A stretch of 64,000 nucleotides of DNA from a virus. Its lineage: Duplodnaviria; Caudoviricetes. The position numbers were made by a program, and so were the translations under genes. Below, one piece after another: positions 57,573-64,000 of the stretch (positions within the stretch are counted from its first letter, which is position 1; every line of letters begins with the position of its first letter). A model generated the notes under the pieces. It had not been told where the DNA came from and made no database searches. It saw nothing but the letters and a program-made list of their open reading frames with translations. The stretch lies in IMG/VR virus record IMGVR_UViG_3300001487_000106, positions 1-64,000 of that record; one strand, written 5' to 3'.

Positions 57573-57970
57573 TTCATGATGACTCTGTAATGAGCTATCT
57601 AATGTGCCTTTATGTTTATTATCATGGTAATAATCTCCCTGTATTTGGAATTATTAAAGGTAAATTAAACGAAGATGAACAAAATAAAGGATTGAAACAT
57701 GCCTCTGAAATCGATCCATCATTAGTTGATCCTAGGTTGATAGAGTCTGTAAAAAAACAAGAGCAACAGATAGCTCAACAGGAACAATGGAAACAGTTAA
57801 TGAAAGAGGCTGCTATTAAAGCACAGAAAGATACGTATAAACTGGTAAAAGCTGGTGAAATTCAAAACACGGTTTATAATAACACACCTGGAGAAATAAT
57901 CGAACAGATGGACGATGATACAAATGGTTCTATAGATTTGAGCTTTTTCAATAGTATAAACGGATTTTAA
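57573..57970 (+). CDS. terL: Terminase large subunit, exon 2
   Basis: Supplies the nuclease HDD motif in frame; spliced product is 709 aa. Confidence 0.9.
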
Positions 57971-57971
57971 C

Positions 57972-58021
57972 AAAAAAAAGATACAATATAATCTTTACTC
58001 TCGATTATATTGTATCTTTTT
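57972..58021. terminator. Bidirectional terminator
   Basis: aaaaagatacaatataatc...gattatattgtatcttttt. Confidence 0.8.
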
Positions 58022-58056
58022 ACATATCTATTTACGGTTTCATGTTGTGATTGAAA

Positions 58057-58098
58057 TTAATCAATCACAATATCGCAATCATTAAAATCGGGATACAT
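58057..58098 (-). CDS. 13-codon small ORF MYPDFNDCDIVID in a structured RNA
   Basis: Perfect RBS AAGGAGGTGA; early-type motif TATATATTAT at 58213-58222 (-); terminator downstream. Confidence 0.45.
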   Translation of the reverse strand: MYPDFNDCDIVID

Positions 58099-58297
58099 TT
58101 TATTCACCTCCTTATTTTTTTAAGTATCCCGTAAATAGATAATAATACAAATAACGGTTTGTATCCTTTAAAAACCGTTATTTTTTATTTGTATTATTTT
58201 TTATGCAAAAAAATAATATATATGTATTTATTCTGAATATGCGGTTTTATTATCATTATAACGTTACTATAATTTTTTATTGAAAGGAGACATGATT

Positions 58298-59548
58298 ATG
58301 TCTATTGAAGAAAATACTATTAACTCGGAAATTATCAATTCAGAGGAAAATGAATCCAATCCTATGAATTATAAGGTTATAGTTGATCTTATTAATGAAA
58401 TGGAAGATCAGTATAAAACATTGAAGTCTTTAGGTGAAGAGACAATTCATACTGCATATGATCTTAAGCCGGAAACGCTTATAGATATAATTCCAATAAC
58501 TAAAAATGATATAAAGGAAATGAGTAAAGAAGATGCTACAAAGTTTCTTAAAGCTCATAAATATAATATTAATATCAACGATGAACATGATCCATTAGAA
58601 GTTATGGATGCTGTTAAAGAGACTTCATTAAATATTCTTTCAGCTAAGATTGAGGCTGATAATATTCGTAAAGATTCGAAAGAAGTGCTTGAAGAATATT
58701 TTAATTATGCATCATCATCTAAAGCAAAAGAGGTCAGAATTCAGCGTCTTAATACATTAAAAGAAGCTGTTGAAAAGGAATCTGATGAGGGTAAGAAAAG
58801 AAAGATGATGCGAGAAATAAATGCAATGGAAGCATCACAAACTCTTTCATTTATTTTCGAAAGATTTAATTCAATAGGTTCTAAAGAAATTAAATCAATT
58901 AAGAATGCATTTTTTGATGCAAAACTTGGAAAAGAAATTGTTGATAGATATAAAAAGAAAATTATTAAGTTTGGTTTTGACCATAAACTTTATAGATATT
59001 TCTTAAATCTTGAGGAGAATTTCCTTGAGGAAGAATACCATTGTTTTAATAATCTTTTCCTGTTTATATTTATGAGAGCAGTTGTTCATTATGACCCATA
59101 TAATAAGACAGACAAGCTCTATGTACAGGCTATGGTAACATCTATGACAAATCTTATTTATCATAGATTTGATTCAACTACATCAGAGGATAATTTTGTT
59201 TCTATAATCAGAAAGGTTGTATCTTACTTTGATGAATATAGAGAATATTTTAAGGAAAATAATGAAACAGCACCCGATCATCCAACGAGAATTGAATCAG
59301 ATAATCGTTACAATAAGGAGAGGCGTGAACTCCTTATTAATAAAATGAATGAAATGAAGATAACTGATTATGATCCCAATGCATCTGCGGATGAACTTCA
59401 GCAGTACTTAAATGACTCACTTGAGAAAATGATAAAGGAACAGCTTCCTGAGAAGAAAGAAGAAAATAATGAAAATGATATTGATGATAGTGATACTGAT
59501 GAGGTTTTTGATGAGCCTGAGAATCCAGTAATCAATGATGTAGAATAA
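58298..59548 (+). CDS. Hypothetical protein
   Basis: Long ORF; RBS GAAAGGAG; terminator 59566-59602. Confidence 0.7.
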   Translation: MSIEENTINSEIINSEENESNPMNYKVIVDLINEMEDQYKTLKSLGEETIHTAYDLKPETLIDIIPITKNDIKEMSKEDATKFLKAHKYNININDEHDPLEVMDAVKETSLNILSAKIEADNIRKDSKEVLEEYFNYASSSKAKEVRIQRLNTLKEAVEKESDEGKKRKMMREINAMEASQTLSFIFERFNSIGSKEIKSIKNAFFDAKLGKEIVDRYKKKIIKFGFDHKLYRYFLNLEENFLEEEYHCFNNLFLFIFMRAVVHYDPYNKTDKLYVQAMVTSMTNLIYHRFDSTTSEDNFVSIIRKVVSYFDEYREYFKENNETAPDHPTRIESDNRYNKERRELLINKMNEMKITDYDPNASADELQQYLNDSLEKMIKEQLPEKKEENNENDIDDSDTDEVFDEPENPVINDVE

Positions 59549-59665
59549 TAGATACGTAGTATTTTTAGAGAGATGAAGATTTTATCTTCATCTCTCTTTT
59601 TTGTATTATCATTGATAAATAAAACAGAATCTTAAGAACTCTTCTTGTGAAAGGAGGTATAAAAA

Positions 59666-60400
59666 ATGAGTAGTTATTTTAGATCAGACCAAAAATTTAT
59701 TTATCTTGAAAGACCATACTGTGAGTTTTATATACCAATGGATTATTTTGATACATCTGGTAAATTTGCAGAAGATGCTGGTCAAGTTATTAAAGTTCTT
59801 GGAATATTTAATATAGGTTTTTATGAGAATGGACAATTAGAAGAAATGAAGATATTAAATCTTCCTTCATGGATAAACGTTTATGTCTATGATTATGAAA
59901 TACGAAGAGTTGAATTACCCGGAGAACCTGTTCCAGTATCATGTAAGGTTTTAAAATTCTTCCATGGTAATAAAGTTATGGAAAGTTCAGTTATTGAAGA
60001 TAGTACAAACGCTGAAACTTATCTAGACTTTATTCTTAAAGGTAAAATACCTGCATCGGTTCCATATGATAAGTCTATTACTTTATGGAGAAAAAATCAA
60101 CAAATGAATGGTGTAAATCTCGGTGTTCCTTCAGTTATTGAAGAACTGATATTATCAGCATCATATCGTGATAAAAATAATCCAACAAGTAAATTTGCTC
60201 ATGTGATTGGTAAAGACCCTAAAGGTGTATCATTATATGACTATAAAATGGCATCGGTACGACAGATATGCCAATACACGTCAACTTTCACTGCAGTAAC
60301 ATTTGAAGATATTGATAGTATGATTACTTCATCTCTAAATAGATCTAGAGATAAGATCCCAGAAGCTCAGTCCCCAATTGAACAAATCATTAAAATGTGA
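59666..60400 (+). CDS. Probable RNA polymerase beta' C-terminal fragment
   Basis: NGVNLGVPSVIEELILS ~ GVxINDKHIEVIV; STFTAVTFEDIDSMITSSL ~ SFISAASFQETTRVLTEAA; SPIEQII; late motif at 59623-59635. Confidence 0.6.
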   Translation: MSSYFRSDQKFIYLERPYCEFYIPMDYFDTSGKFAEDAGQVIKVLGIFNIGFYENGQLEEMKILNLPSWINVYVYDYEIRRVELPGEPVPVSCKVLKFFHGNKVMESSVIEDSTNAETYLDFILKGKIPASVPYDKSITLWRKNQQMNGVNLGVPSVIEELILSASYRDKNNPTSKFAHVIGKDPKGVSLYDYKMASVRQICQYTSTFTAVTFEDIDSMITSSLNRSRDKIPEAQSPIEQIIKM

Positions 60401-60519
60401 TGAGTATTTTTTATAGTAAAACCTATATAAATCCTCAAAACAAATATATAAAATCTATAATTTATAGACTTTATAAAATCTATAACTAATAAAAAAATTT
60501 AAAAGGAGGTTTATAGATT

Positions 60520-63510
60520 ATGCCGCAATCTATACAGATAGTACCTAAGTACTCATATCCGTACGTTGAAACTGTAATCAATGATAATACAAAGGTTACT
60601 GAGACAAATACTGATACTAGGATTGATCCTTCAGTAACTTATGCATTTCCGTTCGTTTCATCTAAGGGTGTGGACAATGTATTTGTAAGAAAGACGTCGT
60701 ACGATAGTTTTGTATCGACATATGGCACTTCTAATTATAAGAAATATGGTCAGCCTCTGATGATGCCTCTGGCACTTCTGAGAAAGCCTAATACTTATGT
60801 ATGGGGTATGCGTGTAATGCCTGAGAATGCTACATATTCTAATGCAGTTATTTCTCTGTATTATAAGGCTGACAAAACTAATGATACCGTTAAGGCTAGC
60901 GAAAGACGCTTCCGTATGAAGTTCATAGTTAAGTTCCTTGAAGGTATCAGTGATATTGAAACATTCAATAAAAAGTATGTTGAACTTGATGGCGCAGAGT
61001 TAGTTAATGATAAGTATGTTGATGACGAGGGCTACACTCAGGCTCCTGTTATGGGTATCCGTGTTGCTGGTAGAGGCAAGTACGGCGATAACTACTCTGT
61101 TCATATTGACACAAATAAGTCATATGAAAAAGAATACGGTATCAAAATGTATGATTTTGTCATCATGAATAATGAGGGTGGTCTTAACAAGATTGCAACC
61201 TATACTGGTTCAATTGTTTCATCGTCTAAGTATGATGCATCAACTCTTGTTAATGATATCCTTGAAAATAGCAACATTGGCGATGTTCCGGTTTATATTT
61301 CCATGAACGAAGCTGGTGTTGAAGATGTATACGATGCATATGTATCATTCCTTACTGAACTCTATCCTTCACTTGAGGCAGAGTATGATGAGACATTTGC
61401 TAAGTATGCTGAAATTTTTGCAAACGTATCTATTAGCAGAGAATCACTCACTAACATGGTTAATGGCAATGAGAGAGTTCCTACCGGTATTATTGCAAAA
61501 GATGCAGACGGTAATGATGTGAAGCTCTCTGATGCTGTTTCAGAACTTCAGAAAATAATGTCGATGATAAAGGATTCTAATCCTGATAATATTATTGACA
61601 TTGACGAGTTTGACCCGTTCTTTGCAAAGAAAGTTGCAAGCACTGAATTACTTCCTTGTATCATGTATCCTTCAGAGGTTCCGAAGGGTGGTATTCCTGC
61701 CGGTGCAAATCCTGCAGATTATACTACATCAAAGCTTATGCCTTCATTCGGCTCTGTAAAGGGTGTTGGAGTAAACTATGGTACAAATGGTTACTTCGAT
61801 AATCCCAGAATTCTTGATACTGATGGATTCATTGTAACTTCAAAGACTGTTGCAGTTGATGCTGAGGGTGAAACAGTATTCCCCAAGGAAGTTGAAGTTC
61901 CCGCAACAATCGTTAAATTCGTAGATTCAACTGATAATAGCTATTATATCAATAGTGGTACAGCTACTATTCCCGTTTATACACATTACAATGCTGATGG
62001 CACAACTGTTCAAGTTGATGTTGTTACATTCGCAGCGGCTACATCCACTACCGAAGGTGCTCTTGAAGTTGTAGCTAATGATTATACTGGTAAAACAGTA
62101 TATGCCGTAGCAACTTCTGGTGATGCTGGCGCTCTTGAAGTTGTAGCAGATGATGCTGATCCTTTTGATTCTGAAACACAGATTAAGATTAGCGATGTTA
62201 CAGGCATCACTGTAAATGTTGGTGATTATGTAACCAAGACAGAGATTCCTTTTGACCCTGAAACACAGATTAAGATTGGTGAAGTTACTGGCATCTCTGT
62301 TGTTGTTGGTGATTATGTAACCAAGACTGTGACAAAGGAAGACGAAGTTGTTAACACAGATGAAGTTACAGCTAAGATTGAAGCTGGTGAACTTACTCGT
62401 GTTGAAGATGCTGATCCTGAAAAGACTGTTACCGTAACAAAGTATTATCGTGAAGATGGTGTTACAGAAGGTGTTGAACCTATAAATACTAATGCTTCCA
62501 AGTATTACTATGAAGATGGTAAGGAATGCACTACTGATGTTACACAGTGGACAGTAGCACAGGAAATTGATGAATGCTATAAGAATGCATTTAACGGTAC
62601 TTTTGATAGAAAGGTTCTTTCTTCAAGAAGAATTCCTGTTACTGCATGGTTTGATGCAAACTATAGTTATGAGGTTAAGCAGGTTCTTGCAGAACTTGTA
62701 GTTGTAAGAAATGATGCTCCTCTGTATCTTGACTGTGGTATTGAAATGGAGTCATTCTCTAAGTCTAATATCAATAGTCTCATTCGTGATTATGCTATAT
62801 TCAGTACTATAGGTTCTGATAAGACTGGTATTGAGAATCATTGCCTGATCTCGAAGAATACACAGCACTTCATGGTAAGAGAAACTCCTTCTCAGAAGAG
62901 AGTTAAGGTTTCCATCACTTATTTCCTTGCTCAGCAGTTTGCTGATCATGTTATTGACTATGGAACTCATATTCCTATGGTTAAAGCAAAGGCACAGCTC
63001 ACTGGTCATATTAGAGATACTCTCGAGCCCTCTATTGAAGACTATGAGGCTGATCTCAAGGAAGAGCTGTATCAGAATAACTTTAACTATTTCGAGACTC
63101 TTGATGATAATGTATTCCAGAGAGCTACTCAGACAACAGCACAAACTGATCTGACTGATCTTTCTGAAGAGAATAATGTATTTACTCTTTATGCAATCAA
63201 GAGAATAATAGAAACCGATATTCATAGTAGACTCTATGACTTTGCTGATGCAAGTGAAAGAGAGCACTTCTCTGCATTTGAAAAAGCTAAGTTCTCCGAT
63301 TGGACTGGTTCCAAGGTTCTTTCAATTGATATAGAGTTTAGAGTTAATAAGTGGGAGTTTGATCGTTCTATTTTACACTGCTATGTTGCAGTTGTATTTA
63401 GAGGTCTTCAGAAGCGTGCTATTCTCGAAATTGATATCAATAAGAGAACATATGAAGATAGCACTAACACTGATGACAATGGTTCTACCACTGGAACTAT
63501 TATGCTGTAA
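60520..63510 (+). CDS. Tail sheath protein with inserted decoration modules
   Basis: PYVETVIND, SSKGVDN, YGQP, MRVMPENA, GRGKYGD, FDANY, LSEENNV, V.FRG; late motif at 60439-60451. Confidence 0.85.
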   Translation: MPQSIQIVPKYSYPYVETVINDNTKVTETNTDTRIDPSVTYAFPFVSSKGVDNVFVRKTSYDSFVSTYGTSNYKKYGQPLMMPLALLRKPNTYVWGMRVMPENATYSNAVISLYYKADKTNDTVKASERRFRMKFIVKFLEGISDIETFNKKYVELDGAELVNDKYVDDEGYTQAPVMGIRVAGRGKYGDNYSVHIDTNKSYEKEYGIKMYDFVIMNNEGGLNKIATYTGSIVSSSKYDASTLVNDILENSNIGDVPVYISMNEAGVEDVYDAYVSFLTELYPSLEAEYDETFAKYAEIFANVSISRESLTNMVNGNERVPTGIIAKDADGNDVKLSDAVSELQKIMSMIKDSNPDNIIDIDEFDPFFAKKVASTELLPCIMYPSEVPKGGIPAGANPADYTTSKLMPSFGSVKGVGVNYGTNGYFDNPRILDTDGFIVTSKTVAVDAEGETVFPKEVEVPATIVKFVDSTDNSYYINSGTATIPVYTHYNADGTTVQVDVVTFAAATSTTEGALEVVANDYTGKTVYAVATSGDAGALEVVADDADPFDSETQIKISDVTGITVNVGDYVTKTEIPFDPETQIKIGEVTGISVVVGDYVTKTVTKEDEVVNTDEVTAKIEAGELTRVEDADPEKTVTVTKYYREDGVTEGVEPINTNASKYYYEDGKECTTDVTQWTVAQEIDECYKNAFNGTFDRKVLSSRRIPVTAWFDANYSYEVKQVLAELVVVRNDAPLYLDCGIEMESFSKSNINSLIRDYAIFSTIGSDKTGIENHCLISKNTQHFMVRETPSQKRVKVSITYFLAQQFADHVIDYGTHIPMVKAKAQLTGHIRDTLEPSIEDYEADLKEELYQNNFNYFETLDDNVFQRATQTTAQTDLTDLSEENNVFTLYAIKRIIETDIHSRLYDFADASEREHFSAFEKAKFSDWTGSKVLSIDIEFRVNKWEFDRSILHCYVAVVFRGLQKRAILEIDINKRTYEDSTNTDDNGSTTGTIML

Positions 63511-63530
63511 GAAGGATGGTGAAATGAAAT

Positions 63531-64000
63531 ATGGCACAATATGCACAGAAAGATACCGCTAAAAGTAATAGTATTACTCACAACAATTCTATTCAGGCTG
63601 GCGGTAGCTCAATGAAAAACTTTCAGGATGCATCACTGACTGATTATGCACTGTTTTTAGGCGGTACTAATGTCACTCATGATGTGCTTGAAAAGTATGA
63701 TCCTCTTAAGACTGGTTATGGTCGTTTATTTATGGTTAGAACACCTTTATTTGTCAGAGAGCTCATGCCTCCTCAGATGGGTATATTTAAGCATATACTT
63801 GAATATGGTAATACAGCAGTTTCTGGTATAGGTGACGTTTCTGTTAACTTTGAACCTCTCAAAGGTGGTTATGTAGGTAAACAGTTTGAAATACCTATGA
63901 CAGCTGAAGATAGTACCAATGAATTTACCGTTAAGGTTTACGAATTTTCAGGTTCACCTATTCGTGAAGTTCTTCATACATGGATTAATGGTACAACTGA
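63531..64000 (+). CDS. Tail tube protein (runs off the window)
   Basis: Not in the ORF track; MAQYAQK...YDPLKTGYGRLFMVRTP...VYEFSGSP; directly follows the sheath. Confidence 0.7.
   Translation, partial: MAQYAQKDTAKSNSITHNNSIQAGGSSMKNFQDASLTDYALFLGGTNVTHDVLEKYDPLKTGYGRLFMVRTPLFVRELMPPQMGIFKHILEYGNTAVSGIGDVSVNFEPLKGGYVGKQFEIPMTAEDSTNEFTVKVYEFSGSPIREVLHTWINGTT

Noticed and set aside
38185-63267. Numerous antisense or alternate-frame ORFs inside gyrase, capsid, repeat and sheath genes
   Set aside because: Fully overlap well-supported genes; explained by codon bias; no RBS or motifs
1-64000. Stop-codon reassignment
   Set aside because: Core genes are full length in code 11, and TAG and TGA both end genes next to terminators or downstream starts; the single open extension follows a TAA
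1-64000. tRNA or rRNA genes
   Set aside because: No cloverleaf with a T-loop GTTC context seen in intergenic regions by eye; tRNAscan-SE would confirm

Overview
An AT-rich 64-kb segment of a contractile-tailed jumbo phage of the phiKZ/AR9(PBS1)-like lineage. Strong AGGAGG-type RBSs suggest a Firmicutes host, and the genetic code is standard. It encodes split multisubunit RNA polymerase parts (a 1422-aa beta-like subunit and a probable beta' C-terminal piece), GyrB/GyrA-like type II topoisomerase, a tubulin/FtsZ-family protein, a Ser/Thr-type kinase, a DEDD exonuclease and a PolB-like fragment. Virion genes include the major capsid, head/internal proteins, baseplate, tail sheath and tube, and a terminase large subunit split by a 369-nt group I intron. 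Two phage promoter classes can be read directly from the DNA: (A/G/T/C)ACA-N6-TAA (AR9 late-like) and TATAYAHYAT (phiKZ early-like). Mapping them exposes a non-coding layer: a promoter firing into a G-cluster/polypurine tract (candidate R-loop origin), a covarying pseudoknot leader repeated before two early genes, a structured switch RNA carrying a 13-codon ORF, and candidate anti-SD small RNAs. The intron also appears to lack P2 and P9. All calls are by-eye motif recognition; no searches were run.
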